Shown here: positions 33,021 through 43,147 of the stretch, one piece after another
Layout of the letters: every line of letters starts with the position of its first letter
Numbering within the stretch: position 1 is the first letter of the stretch
Assembly (NCBI GenBank): GCA_009844425.1
Contig: VYBN01000033.1
Location: 72,550-136,549, forward strand
Direction: 5' to 3'
Length of the DNA stretch: 64,000 nucleotides
Source: Gammaproteobacteria bacterium
Lineage (GTDB): Bacteria > Pseudomonadota > Gammaproteobacteria > Steroidobacterales > Foliamicaceae
Made by a program: the position numbers and the translations under genes
Notes under the pieces: generated by a model
The model's input: the letters and a program-made list of their open reading frames with translations, nothing else
What the model was told of the DNA's origin: nothing
Databases searched by the model: none

Positions 33021-34531
33021 TGCCCGAATCAGGCCTGTTGAGTTTGATCGTCTGGCTGCCGGTGGCCGCCGGGCTGCTGATCATGGGCCTTGCCCGCAGC
33101 GCCGCCGTGGCGCGCTGGTCGTGCCTGGCCGTGGCGCTGCTCGAATGGATACCGGGCGCGATCCTGTGGCGCGCCTTCGAGCCGGGCGGCGGCTTCCAGT
33201 TCGTCGAGCGGCACGACTGGATCGAGCGTTTCAACGTGCAGTACTACCTGGGCGTGGACGGCATCGCGCTGGCGCTGATCCTGCTGACGTTGCTGCTCAC
33301 GCCGGCGGCGATCGTGGCGGGCTGGCGGGCGATAGACCGGCGGACAGGTCTGTATTACGGGGCGTTGCTGATTCAGCAGGGGCTGATGCTGGGCGTTTTC
33401 TGTGCGCTCGACAGCCTGCTGTTCTACGTGTTCTGGGAATTCATGCTCGCCCCGATGTTCCTGATTATCGGCATCTGGGGCGGCGAGCGGCGGATATACG
33501 CAACGGTCAAGTTCTTCCTCTTCACCTTCCTGGGCTCGGTGTTCATGCTGGTCGCGCTGGTCTATCTGTACCTGAAGGCGGGCAGTTACGCCATACCCGA
33601 TCTTCATGCCGTGCCTCTCACTCTTGCCGAGCAGCAGCTGCTGTTCTTCGGATTCCTGGCCGCGTTTGCGGTGAAGGTGCCGATGTGGCCGGTGCACACC
33701 TGGCTGCCCGATGCGCACGTCGAAGCGCCGACCGGAGGATCGGTCATTCTGGCGGCGATCCTGCTGAAGATGGGCGGCTTCGGCATGCTGCGGTTCAGCC
33801 TGCCGGTCACGCCCGATGCCGCCTACCAGTTCGCGCCGCTGATCGTGGGCCTGTCGCTGGTCGCGATCGTCTATATCGCCGTCGTGGCGCTGGCCCAACG
33901 CGACCTCAAGAAGCTGATCGCCTATTCGTCGGTGGCCCACATGGGATTCGTGACCCTGGGCCTGTTCATTCCCCTGGCGTACGCGGGCGCCGGCAAGGAC
34001 CAGCTCCTGGCGCTGGGCATGGGCGGGGGCATGGTGCAGATGATTTCCCACGGCTTCATTTCGGCGGCCCTCTTCATGTGCGTCGGGGTGCTCTACGATC
34101 GCGTACACACGCGCCGGATCAACGATTTCGGTGGCGTGGCCAACACCATGCCGGTTTTTGCCGTCCTGCTGGTGCTGTTCGCGCTGGCCAACGCGGGACT
34201 GCCCGGGACTTCCGGCTTTGTCGGTGAATTCCTCGTCATCCTGGCGTCGTTCCGCGCCGAACCGCTGGTCGCCCTGGGCGCGGGCACGATCCTTGTGCTG
34301 GGTGCGGCATACAGCCTCTACATGCTCAAGCGGGTGGTGTTCGGCGAGGTGGCGAACGACAGGGTGGCGGGCCTCGAGGACCTGGACGCCCGCGAACTGA
34401 TTGCGCTGGGCGGCATCGGCCTCGCGGTGATTGTCCTTGGCCTGTATCCGGATCCCCTGGTCGAAATGATGGAGCCCTCGCTGGACGGGCTGGCCCGGCA
34501 CGTCCTGGCCGGGAAGGTGGCGGGATGGTGA
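33020..34531 (+). CDS. nuoM: NADH-quinone oxidoreductase subunit M
   Basis: LGVDGI, FYVFWE, AFAVKVPMWPVHTWLPDAHVEAPT, KKLIAYSSVAHMG, GLPGTSGFVGE. Confidence 0.96.
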   Translation: MPESGLLSLIVWLPVAAGLLIMGLARSAAVARWSCLAVALLEWIPGAILWRAFEPGGGFQFVERHDWIERFNVQYYLGVDGIALALILLTLLLTPAAIVAGWRAIDRRTGLYYGALLIQQGLMLGVFCALDSLLFYVFWEFMLAPMFLIIGIWGGERRIYATVKFFLFTFLGSVFMLVALVYLYLKAGSYAIPDLHAVPLTLAEQQLLFFGFLAAFAVKVPMWPVHTWLPDAHVEAPTGGSVILAAILLKMGGFGMLRFSLPVTPDAAYQFAPLIVGLSLVAIVYIAVVALAQRDLKKLIAYSSVAHMGFVTLGLFIPLAYAGAGKDQLLALGMGGGMVQMISHGFISAALFMCVGVLYDRVHTRRINDFGGVANTMPVFAVLLVLFALANAGLPGTSGFVGEFLVILASFRAEPLVALGAGTILVLGAAYSLYMLKRVVFGEVANDRVAGLEDLDARELIALGGIGLAVIVLGLYPDPLVEMMEPSLDGLARHVLAGKVAGW

Positions 34532-35943
34532 TCGACCTGGCCTACTGGGCGCCGCTGTACCCGGAACTGGCGCTTGCGCTGCTGATTCCGGTCCTGCTGC
34601 TGGTGGACCTCGCCGTGGGCAGGAAGCGCCCGCTCGTCATTCAGGCGGTCTGCCTGGCCGGACTGGTCCTTGTGGGCTGGACCTGCTTCGCGGCGGCGGA
34701 CGGCGCAATGTTCGGCGGCGCCTTCTTGATGGACAGGCTGGCGCGCCTGTTGAAGTTTGCCGGCGTGCTGTTGAGCATCGTGGCCTTCGTCTACGCGCCG
34801 CGCGACCTGCGCGAAGCCGGTGCGCTGCGCGGCGAGTATTACCTCCTGGGCCTGTTTGCGCTGCTCGGCGTTTTCGTGACCGCATCCGCCGGCAGCCTGC
34901 TGACCCTGTATCTCGGCCTGGAACTGCTCGCGCTGGCCCTGTACACCCTGGTGGCCCTGCAGCGCGATTCCGCCCGCGCGGCCGAGGCGGCGATGAAGTA
35001 TTTCGTGCTGGGAGCGATCGGCTCGGGAGCGATGCTGTACGGGATGTCCCTGCTATACGGCCTGTCGGGTTCGCTGCTCCTGAGCGAAACGGCGACCCTG
35101 GCGCCCGAAGGCGGGGGGGCGTATGTCGCCGCGGCCCTGGTGCTGACCGGCGTGGCGTTCAAACTCGGCGCCGTGCCCTTCCACCAGTGGGTGGCCGACG
35201 CGTATGACGGGCCGCCGCTGGGTGTGGCCGTGCTGCTTGCAACGGTCCCGAAGCTCGCCTCGTTCGCCCTGATCGTGCGGCTGCTGGTTGACGGGATTTC
35301 CGCTTCGCAGGAGCAATGGAACCTGCTGCTGATCGTGATGGCGGTCGCGTCCCTGTCCCTGGGCACCATCGTGGCCATGGCCCAGACCCAGGCCGCGCGG
35401 CTGCTGGCATGGGCCGCGATCGCGCATGTCGGATTCCTGCTGCTCGGCGTGGTCGCGGGCGGCGGCGAGGGCTTGAGCGCCGCGCTGTTCTACACCCTGG
35501 TTTACGTGCTCATGGCGGCCGGCGCCTTCGGCGTGGTCATCGCGCTGGAGAAGCAGGCCGCTCCGCTGGACAGCCTGCGGGGACTGTACCGCCGCCACCC
35601 GGGGATGGCGTTCATCATGCTGCTCATCATGCTGAGCATGATCGGGATACCGCCGCTGGCGGGCTTTCTGGCCAAGTGGCAGGTGCTGATGGTGCTGGTG
35701 GACCAGGGTTTCACGGCCCTTGCGGTCGTCGCGGTCATATTCGCCGTGGTCGGGGCCTACTACTACCTGCGGATCATCCGGCTGATGTTCATGGAAGCCC
35801 CGCGCGAGCAGGAGCAGGAGCGATTGAAGCCCGGCTGGGGCGCCAGCGCGATGCTGGGCGCCAATGGGCTGGCGCTGGTTGTGATCGGTGTCTGGCCCAA
35901 TCCGCTGCTGGAATTGTGCCGCGCCGCCTTCGGTCCGGGGTAA
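34525..35943 (+). CDS. nuoN: NADH-quinone oxidoreductase subunit N
   Basis: EAAMKYFVLG, AFKLGAVPFHQWVADAY.G, GIPPLAGFLAK, AYYYLR. Confidence 0.95.
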   Translation: MVIDLAYWAPLYPELALALLIPVLLLVDLAVGRKRPLVIQAVCLAGLVLVGWTCFAAADGAMFGGAFLMDRLARLLKFAGVLLSIVAFVYAPRDLREAGALRGEYYLLGLFALLGVFVTASAGSLLTLYLGLELLALALYTLVALQRDSARAAEAAMKYFVLGAIGSGAMLYGMSLLYGLSGSLLLSETATLAPEGGGAYVAAALVLTGVAFKLGAVPFHQWVADAYDGPPLGVAVLLATVPKLASFALIVRLLVDGISASQEQWNLLLIVMAVASLSLGTIVAMAQTQAARLLAWAAIAHVGFLLLGVVAGGGEGLSAALFYTLVYVLMAAGAFGVVIALEKQAAPLDSLRGLYRRHPGMAFIMLLIMLSMIGIPPLAGFLAKWQVLMVLVDQGFTALAVVAVIFAVVGAYYYLRIIRLMFMEAPREQEQERLKPGWGASAMLGANGLALVVIGVWPNPLLELCRAAFGPG

Positions 35944-35950
35944 CCGCCGT

Positions 35951-37315
35951 TTGCTGAAGAGAATCATGCTGTTTGCGGGCCCCCTGGCCGCCCTGGCGGC
36001 GGGGCTGCTGATGCGGGATTCCGGCCCGGCCGTGGCCTGGACCGTGGCGGTCACCACGCTGTGCGCGGCCTGGTGGATCACCGAGGCGGTGCCGATTCCG
36101 GTCACCGCGCTGATACCCATAGGGCTGCTGCCCCTGGTAGGCGCGATTCCGCCATCGCAGGCGGCGCGCGCGGTGGGCGATCCGCTGATCATGCTGCTGA
36201 TGGGCGGATTCATGCTGTCCACGGCCATGGAAAAGAGCGGCGCGCACCGCAGGATCGCGCTGGGGATGATCAACCTGTTCGGCGCCAGCGACGGACGGCG
36301 GCTCGTGTTCGGTTTCATGGCCGCGGCCGCGGTTCTGAGCATGTGGATTTCCAACACGGCCACGGCCCTGATGCTGCTGCCGATCGCGCTGGCCGTCATC
36401 CAGGGCTGCGACGACAAGAGGCTGGCCCTGCCGCTTTTGCTCGGAATGTGCTATGCGGCCAGCATCGGCGGAACCGGCACGCCGGTGGGCACGCCGCCGA
36501 ACCTGATCTTCATGCGCGTATACGAGGAGAGCACGGGGAATCAGCTGGGGTTCACGCAGTGGATGAGCTGGGCCTTGCCGGTGGTTATTGTCATGCTGCC
36601 GATTGCCGGATTCTGGCTGACCCGCGGGCTCAAGCTGCGTGCGCCCGTGCAACTGCCCGCGGTAGGAACGTGGCGCACCGAGGAAGTGCGGACTCTCGTG
36701 GTATTTGCGATTACCGCGTTGCTGTGGGTGACCCGTCGCGAACCTTTCGGCGGCTGGTCGGGACTGTTGGGCCTGGACCAGGCCCATGACGGCAGCGTGG
36801 CGCTGCTTGCGGTAGTCGCGATGTTCGTCATTCCGAACGGCGCCGGCGGGCGATTGCTGGACTGGAAGACGGCCGCCGGCATTCCCTGGGGCGTCTTGCT
36901 GCTGTTCGCCGGCGGCATCTGCCTTGCCGGCGCCTTCGCCAGCACGGGCCTGAGCGCCACCCTGGGCTCGGCGCTTGCCGCTCAGGCGGACTGGACACCC
37001 TTGCTGTTGATCCTGCTCATCTGCCTGGCGGTCACCTTCCTGACCGAAATCACCAGCAACACGGCCACGACTTCGCTGCTGATGCCGATACTGGCCGCCG
37101 CGGCCGTCGCCGCCGGCATGGAACCGCGCCTGATCATGGTGCCCGCGGCGATCAGCGCCAGTTTCGCCTTCATGCTGCCGGTCGCCACCGGACCCAACGC
37201 CGTGATCTTCAGTTCGGGGCGATTGACCGTGCCGCAGATGGCCCGCGAGGGCCTGGTGCTCAACTTCCTGGGCGCGCTGGTGATCTCGACGATCACCTAC
37301 TGGCTGCTCAGCTGA
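35951..37315 (+). CDS. SLC13/DASS family sodium:dicarboxylate/sulfate symporter
   Basis: WWITEAVPIPVTAL, LSMWISNTAT, GTPVGTPPN, TEITSNTAT, AFMLPVATGPNA. Confidence 0.9.
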   Translation: MLKRIMLFAGPLAALAAGLLMRDSGPAVAWTVAVTTLCAAWWITEAVPIPVTALIPIGLLPLVGAIPPSQAARAVGDPLIMLLMGGFMLSTAMEKSGAHRRIALGMINLFGASDGRRLVFGFMAAAAVLSMWISNTATALMLLPIALAVIQGCDDKRLALPLLLGMCYAASIGGTGTPVGTPPNLIFMRVYEESTGNQLGFTQWMSWALPVVIVMLPIAGFWLTRGLKLRAPVQLPAVGTWRTEEVRTLVVFAITALLWVTRREPFGGWSGLLGLDQAHDGSVALLAVVAMFVIPNGAGGRLLDWKTAAGIPWGVLLLFAGGICLAGAFASTGLSATLGSALAAQADWTPLLLILLICLAVTFLTEITSNTATTSLLMPILAAAAVAAGMEPRLIMVPAAISASFAFMLPVATGPNAVIFSSGRLTVPQMAREGLVLNFLGALVISTITYWLLS

Positions 37316-37772
37316 AGTCGGCCTCCACCGAGTTCTCGTAGAGCTTGCGCATGTAGAGGATGGGCGCGAGCGGCGCCTCGACGTAGCGGCAGATCCGCCA
37401 ACCTTCGTTGAGCTTGCGGAACAGCGCGACGGCGCGGTTGTCGGCGCCGACCGGCTTCTCGTAGCCTTCGGCCACCGCGTCCCAGTGAAACTGCCAGGAA
37501 ACCCAGGCCAGGTCTTTGCTCAGCGGGACGGCCTGGACGTTCCAGATTCGCATCTCCAGGCGCGGGATCATCTTCATGGTCATGTCCCAGTAGTCATGGA
37601 TCGCTTCCCAGTCCCGCAGGGGCTGCTCGACTTCTTCGGGCAGGTAGAAGGGCTCGGGATCGGACGTGTCCCATAACTCGGCCATCGCCTTCAGGTCCAT
37701 GCGGTTCCAGTTCTTCCGCAACTGGCGCAGCACGCCGGAGACGGCCTCCTGCAGATTCGATTCGGTGTTCAT
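37308..37772 (-). CDS. SnoaL/NTF2-like domain protein
   Basis: WNRMDLKAMAELW..P.Y.PEE..PLRDWEAIHDYW...LFRKLNEGWRICRYVEAP. Confidence 0.75.
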   Translation of the reverse strand: MNTESNLQEAVSGVLRQLRKNWNRMDLKAMAELWDTSDPEPFYLPEEVEQPLRDWEAIHDYWDMTMKMIPRLEMRIWNVQAVPLSKDLAWVSWQFHWDAVAEGYEKPVGADNRAVALFRKLNEGWRICRYVEAPLAPILYMRKLYENSVEADFS

Positions 37773-37858
37773 GGGCGGAATTATGCCTGCCCCGTTGCGG
37801 CACGACGTTCGGGCTAGAATGGCCGCCCGACCGGAAGTACGCGCAAAGGGATCAGGTC

Positions 37859-39313
37859 TTGCCGGCAAGAACAGGCGCCGAACTCATTCAGGCACTCAAG
37901 GACTCTCCGATGGAGTTGTGGCATCGGGGATGCAAGGTTGAAGACCTCACAACCGAAGACGGCATAGCCGGCGGAGTGCGCAGTCTGGCGGCCCGCTACG
38001 ACCTTCAGCACGAAGAACCCGAAACCTTGCTTTTTCCCTCGCCGGAGACCGGCGACCCGGTGGGCATGAGCTTCATGATTCCCGAGACGCGGGAGGACCT
38101 TGTTCGCGTCGGCGACGCGATGCACCGGCTTGCCGATTTCAGCTTCGGGATGGCGGGCCGCGACCCCAGCTACCTGAACCGCGCGATGAGCGCCTACGCG
38201 GCCGCTGCCGGCTGGCTGGATTCGGCGCACGCGGGCGGCGGGGCCAACGCCGCCTCCTGGCACCGTGACATGCGCGAACGCGACCTGGCCTTAACGCATA
38301 CGCTGATCAACCCGCAGATCAACCGCGCGGTCAGCGCCGCGAAGCAGGCGGACCCGTTTCTGGCGGCGCGGGTCAAGGAGGAGACCGACGCGGGCCTGGT
38401 GATCAAGGGCGCCCGGATGCTGGCCACGCTGCCGATCTCCGACTCGATCATGGTGTTTCCTTCCACGCTTCTGAAGAATCCCGAAGAGGACGCGCCGTAT
38501 TCGTTCGCCTTCTGTCTGCCCAATGCGACCGAAGGGTTGAAGTTCATCTGCCGGGAAACGGTGGACTACGGGCGCAACCACTTCGATCACCCGCTGGGCT
38601 CGCGGTTCGAGGAGCTGGATGCGCTGGTGGTGTTCGACGACGTGTTCGTGCCCTGGGAGAACGTGTTTCTGTACCGCGACGTCAAGGCCTGCAATGAAGC
38701 CTACGCGGCCACCTCCGCGGTGGTGCACATGTCGCACCAGGTCATTTGCAAGAACATCGCCAAGACCGAGTTCCTGCTGGGCCTGGTGTCGCTGATGATC
38801 GACGCGGTGGGCATCGAGATCTTCCAGCACGTGCAGGAAAAGGTGGCCGAAATCTGGGTCAACCTCGAAACCATGAAGGCGTTCCGGCGGGCCGCGGAGG
38901 CCGACGCGGCCCTCAACGGCCACGGCATGATGACGCCGGCTTTCGATCCGCTTGACGCCGCCCGCAACCTGTATCCGCGCCTCTACCCGCGCATGGTGGA
39001 GATCGTCCGCCTGCTGGGCGCCAGCGGCCTCGTGGCCATGCCCACCGAAGCCGACCTCAAGGGGCCGCTCAGCGAGGAGGTGCATCGCTACTACCAGGCG
39101 GCGCGGCTGGAGGCGATAGACCGGATTCCGCTCTATCGCCTGGCCTGGGACACGGCGCTTTCGGCCTTCGCGGCGCGCCAGGTGCAGTACGAGACGTATT
39201 TCTTCGGCGATCCCGTCCGGATGGCCGGCGCGATCTTCCACTCCAAGGACCGAACTCCGTACATGGAGCGCGTGCGCGAGTTCCTTCGCTCTTCTTCGGA
39301 AGACTACGGCTAG
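37859..39313 (+). CDS. hpaB: 4-hydroxyphenylacetate 3-monooxygenase family oxygenase component (HpaB-like)
   Basis: MPARTG, GMAGRDPSYLN, LTHTLINPQINR, GARMLATL, GLKFICRE, HPLGSRFEE.DA, RQVQYE.YFFGDP. Confidence 0.88.
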   Translation: MPARTGAELIQALKDSPMELWHRGCKVEDLTTEDGIAGGVRSLAARYDLQHEEPETLLFPSPETGDPVGMSFMIPETREDLVRVGDAMHRLADFSFGMAGRDPSYLNRAMSAYAAAAGWLDSAHAGGGANAASWHRDMRERDLALTHTLINPQINRAVSAAKQADPFLAARVKEETDAGLVIKGARMLATLPISDSIMVFPSTLLKNPEEDAPYSFAFCLPNATEGLKFICRETVDYGRNHFDHPLGSRFEELDALVVFDDVFVPWENVFLYRDVKACNEAYAATSAVVHMSHQVICKNIAKTEFLLGLVSLMIDAVGIEIFQHVQEKVAEIWVNLETMKAFRRAAEADAALNGHGMMTPAFDPLDAARNLYPRLYPRMVEIVRLLGASGLVAMPTEADLKGPLSEEVHRYYQAARLEAIDRIPLYRLAWDTALSAFAARQVQYETYFFGDPVRMAGAIFHSKDRTPYMERVREFLRSSSEDYG

Positions 39314-39332
39314 CAGAGCACGGGGCGCGCAG

Positions 39333-40274
39333 TTGGACTCCGGGGGCTTCCGCAATGCGCTTGGGCAGTTCGCAACCGGCGTAACGGTGGTCACGACGAA
39401 GGCGGAAAACGGAGACCGCATCGGGCTGACCGCCAACAGCTTCAATTCCGCCTCGCTGGATCCGCCGATGGTGCTGTGGAGCCTCAGGAACGATTCCCTG
39501 AACTTCGAAGTGTTCGCGAATGCGGACCACTTTGCGGTCAACGTGCTGGCGGCCGACCAGGTCGATGTCTCAAGGCGTTTCTCGCGCGACGTGGAGGACC
39601 GGTTTGCGGGGCTGGACTGCATCGAGGGCATCGGCGGTGCGCCCGTCATCGCCGGATGCGCTGCCACCTTCCAGTGCCGCAACGTGCACCGTTACAGCGG
39701 CGGCGATCATGCGATCTTCGTGGGCGAGGTGCTCCAGTTCGAGGTCCACGAACGCACCCCGCTGGTCTTCCACCGCGGCGATTACACGGTCACGATGCCG
39801 CGCCCGGCGGAGGGCCCGGACGGGTCGGAAATCGCCGGCGGCTATGTCGATGACTTCCTGCTGCCCCTGCTGGCGCGGGCCTACCGGCTTTTCGGCCTGC
39901 CGTTCTACGAGCACCTGACCGAGCAGAAAATCCCCCGCGACGAATGGCGGGTGCTGGCCACATTGAGCGACCAGCGTTGCACCCGCGACGAACTCGCGTG
40001 GATCATCCGCATGCCGGAAGAAATTCTCGACCGCACGCTCAAGGCCTTGTTCGACCAGGAAATGATCGCGGAGGCCGAACCCCGGGTGGAAGGCGGATTG
40101 CCGCGCCTGGTCTGCACCCAGCGGGGCAGCCGGCGGGTTGTCAGGCTGCTGGCCGTGGCCAAGGCCCGCGAGGCGGACGTGCTGGCGGATTTTCCGGAAC
40201 TGGAGCAGCAGGACTTCAAGCAGATGCTGCGCAGCATGATTGCGCGGCTGGCGGGCAGCAAGCGGCCGCGCTGA
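39333..40274 (+). CDS. Flavin reductase (HpaC-like) fused to a C-terminal MarR-like domain
   Basis: FRNALGQFATGVTVVT, GLTANSFNSASLDPPMVLWS, GGDHAIFVGEV, PLVFHRG; then LLARAY..EWRVLATL..winged-helix-like C-terminus. Confidence 0.85.
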   Translation: MDSGGFRNALGQFATGVTVVTTKAENGDRIGLTANSFNSASLDPPMVLWSLRNDSLNFEVFANADHFAVNVLAADQVDVSRRFSRDVEDRFAGLDCIEGIGGAPVIAGCAATFQCRNVHRYSGGDHAIFVGEVLQFEVHERTPLVFHRGDYTVTMPRPAEGPDGSEIAGGYVDDFLLPLLARAYRLFGLPFYEHLTEQKIPRDEWRVLATLSDQRCTRDELAWIIRMPEEILDRTLKALFDQEMIAEAEPRVEGGLPRLVCTQRGSRRVVRLLAVAKAREADVLADFPELEQQDFKQMLRSMIARLAGSKRPR

Positions 40275-40289
40275 CTTGGCGCCGACGGC

Positions 40290-41750
40290 ATGGGCCTGAC
40301 GATTTTCGCCGCCTACCTGGTGCTGGTGGTGGCGCTGGGCCTGGTGGCTTCCCGCGGACAGCGGGCCAGCGAGGACTTCTGGGTCGCCGGGCGACGTTTC
40401 GGCGTTCCCGTCCTGGTTCTCGCCAACGTGGCGGCCATCATGCACGGGGGCTCGATACTGAGCGGCGTCGCCTTCATCGGGGCGTTCGGGGGCGTGGCCG
40501 GGCTGCCGTTTCTGGCATTCGCCGTCGGCATCGCCATCGTTTTCTTTTTCTTCGCCCGCAAATTGCGCCAGTCCGGCGGCTTTACCCTGCCGGACTACCT
40601 GGGCGACCGTTATGCAAGCCGGAAAATGCGGGCCTGGAGCGCGATCGTCGTGGCCGTGTCCAGCGTCGTCTACCTGGTGGCCCAGTTGCGGGGCATGGCC
40701 TTCATACTGGAGCGCCTGCTCGAGATTCCCTTCCTATGGGGGCTGGCGCTGGGCAGCCTGATATTCGTGGCCTATGTCGCACTGGGCGGCCTGCTGGCGG
40801 TGGTGTGGACGAACATCGCCCAGTTTTTCTTCATGTGGGCCGGACTGCTGCTGATAGCGCCGGTCCTGCTGCAGGAAGTCGGCGGATGGACCGGGGTCAT
40901 GCTTGAGGTGGAGCAGACCGCGCCCGGCTGGACCAGCCTGCGCGGGGTGTCCTGGGGCTGGGGGTATTTCATTTCCTGGCAGATCATCTGGATGCTGGCC
41001 TACTGCACGCGCCTCGAGCTGGTCACCAAGATGTACGCTGCGCGCGACTCGTGGGTCGCGCGGGTATCGCTGCCGTGGACGATCCTGATCGTGATGGTGT
41101 TCCTGCTCTACGGGAACATGTACCTGGGCGCCGTGGCCCGGATCACGGTCTGGGAGGGCCTGGCCACGCCCGATCAGGCCTACGTGGCGCTGGTCGGCCA
41201 GTACCTGGCGCCGGCGCTGGCCGCGTTTGCGCTGACCGGAATCGCCGCGGCCGCCATGTCCACGACGGACTCACTGCTGTTGATGGCGGGTTCGGCCCTG
41301 GCCCATGACCTGGTGCGCAAGTGCGTGGATGAGCCGCGGGGGGTCGAACGCGAAGAGCGCAGCTACGTCTGGATATCGCGCGGGGCCATCGTGGCCGTCG
41401 GCGCCGTGGCCTTCGTGCTGGCGATACCCGACGTGGCGCTGATCCTGCGGATTGTGTCCTTCGCCGTGGCGATCATCGGCGCGGCCTTCTTCTTCCCGCT
41501 GATCGCGGGAATGGTGAGCAGTCGCGTCAGCGCGCAGGCCGCATTGGCCTCGTCGGTATGCGGCGTGCTGACCACGCTGGTCTGGATTGCTGGGACGCTG
41601 AGCGGGCAGGGCTGGGCGCAGGTCGTGCATCCGGGCATTCCCGGGCTGCTGGTGGCCGGCGCAACGATGGCGCTGGTCAATACCTTTACGCCGCCGGCCG
41701 TCGCCATCGGCGGAGTGGCTGCGGCAAGCGGGGAGGGGCGCGGGCCATGA
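40290..41750 (+). CDS. Sodium:solute symporter (SSS) family transporter
   Basis: EDFWVAGR, FTLPDYLGDRY, YVALGGLLAVVWTN, AAAMSTTDSLLL; many TM helices. Confidence 0.9.
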   Translation: MGLTIFAAYLVLVVALGLVASRGQRASEDFWVAGRRFGVPVLVLANVAAIMHGGSILSGVAFIGAFGGVAGLPFLAFAVGIAIVFFFFARKLRQSGGFTLPDYLGDRYASRKMRAWSAIVVAVSSVVYLVAQLRGMAFILERLLEIPFLWGLALGSLIFVAYVALGGLLAVVWTNIAQFFFMWAGLLLIAPVLLQEVGGWTGVMLEVEQTAPGWTSLRGVSWGWGYFISWQIIWMLAYCTRLELVTKMYAARDSWVARVSLPWTILIVMVFLLYGNMYLGAVARITVWEGLATPDQAYVALVGQYLAPALAAFALTGIAAAAMSTTDSLLLMAGSALAHDLVRKCVDEPRGVEREERSYVWISRGAIVAVGAVAFVLAIPDVALILRIVSFAVAIIGAAFFFPLIAGMVSSRVSAQAALASSVCGVLTTLVWIAGTLSGQGWAQVVHPGIPGLLVAGATMALVNTFTPPAVAIGGVAAASGEGRGP

Positions 41751-41920
41751 TTCTCGGACTTCCGGTGGAGAGTTTCGCGGTGCAGATCGTGCTGCCGGCG
41801 ATCGTGATCGCGGCGATGTTTGTGGCAAGCTACCGGGGCAGCAGCCCGTGGCGGAACCCCGCGTCGCACCGAGACCGGCGAGACGCCCGGCTGGCAAGGC
41901 GCGAGGAGCGAGAATATTGA
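41747..41920 (+). CDS. Small single-TM membrane protein, possible SSS accessory subunit
   Basis: ATGA overlap with SSS stop; MILGLPVESFAVQIVLPAIVIAAMFVASY hydrophobic helix then basic tail. Confidence 0.55.
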   Translation: MILGLPVESFAVQIVLPAIVIAAMFVASYRGSSPWRNPASHRDRRDARLARREEREY

Positions 41921-42039
41921 ACATATTTAAGCGACGAGCAATGCAGTCCAGGCGGGATGGATCGCTGGTCGAATGCAGCGGGGCTTCCGCCACGGGCTGC
42001 CAGAGGACGCGGCGATGACCGCGCCAAGGGAGATAGCAA

Positions 42040-43131
42040 ATGACTTCGATTTATCGCACGACGGGCGCCTGTGTTGCGCTGCTCACCCTGATCTGGGCCT
42101 GCGAAGCGCCGCAGGGTGAAGTTGAGGAGGCGGCCGATCCGCGGGCCGCTGTCTGGGCGCAGTCCGTCGAGTTGACGCCGGCCGCTCCCTGGGCGGACGG
42201 CGACCAGCGCGGCAACGGCAATACCCAGGGCCCGGGCACCTGGATGCGCTGCGCCTTTCACATGGGCAAACCCGGCGCGAAGGTCTATGAGCTGTCGCAC
42301 CCGCGCTCGATGTCCATGCCGCAGTCTCCGTTCTCGCCTCCGCTCGAATACGTTTACCGGCCCACCGTAGGCATTCCCTACACCGCCCACGCCTTCAACG
42401 GCGAGCACCTGACCGGCGGCGAGCCGGGGGCGCAGGGCACCCAGATGGATGCGCTGGGACACTTCGCTTATCTTCCCGAGCCCTGGCTGGGCGAGAGCGA
42501 TCTGCCCGCGGACACGGCGGTGTATTACGGCGGCTATACGCAGGGCGACGTAAAGCCGACGCCCGATTCTCCCCTGCTTAAGCTGGGCATCGAGCATGCG
42601 CCGCCGCTGGTGACCAGCGCCGTCCTGCTGGACGCCCGCAGCCAGATGGGCGGCGGCGAGCCCCTGCAGCCGGGGCAGACGATCACGGCGGCGGATATCG
42701 ACGCGATGCTGGCGGCCCAGGGCCTTGCCGAGCGCGGCATTCTTCCCGGCGACGTGGTCTATATCTACACCGGGTGGAGCGACAACTGGAACCAGCCGCC
42801 GTACTACGCGATGGGGCCGGGCCTGGGTTACGACGCGGCACAGATGCTGGGCGAAAAGGGCGTGGTGCTGGTGGCGCTGGACAATCCGTTCACCGACCCG
42901 GCCAACGACGGCCAGTTGATGGGCCAGGCGGGCCCGCCCGAGGGCACCCCCGAGGGCCTGCCCTTCGCGATCCACCACCACAACCTCACGCAGTCCGGCG
43001 TGCACAACATCCAGAACGCGAACCTGGCGGAGCTCGCCGCGGACCAGGTGTGGGAGTCCTGCACGATCATCCTGCCGCTGCGCTCCGTGGGCGCCTCCGG
43101 TTCGCCCGTGCGGCCCATCGCCATCGGCTGA
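42040..43131 (+). CDS. Cyclase-family (kynurenine formamidase-like) metal hydrolase, probable lipoprotein
   Basis: Signal/lipobox [52 protein letters not shown]. Confidence 0.82.
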   Translation: MTSIYRTTGACVALLTLIWACEAPQGEVEEAADPRAAVWAQSVELTPAAPWADGDQRGNGNTQGPGTWMRCAFHMGKPGAKVYELSHPRSMSMPQSPFSPPLEYVYRPTVGIPYTAHAFNGEHLTGGEPGAQGTQMDALGHFAYLPEPWLGESDLPADTAVYYGGYTQGDVKPTPDSPLLKLGIEHAPPLVTSAVLLDARSQMGGGEPLQPGQTITAADIDAMLAAQGLAERGILPGDVVYIYTGWSDNWNQPPYYAMGPGLGYDAAQMLGEKGVVLVALDNPFTDPANDGQLMGQAGPPEGTPEGLPFAIHHHNLTQSGVHNIQNANLAELAADQVWESCTIILPLRSVGASGSPVRPIAIG

Positions 43132-43147
43132 CGGGCGTGCCGGTGCC

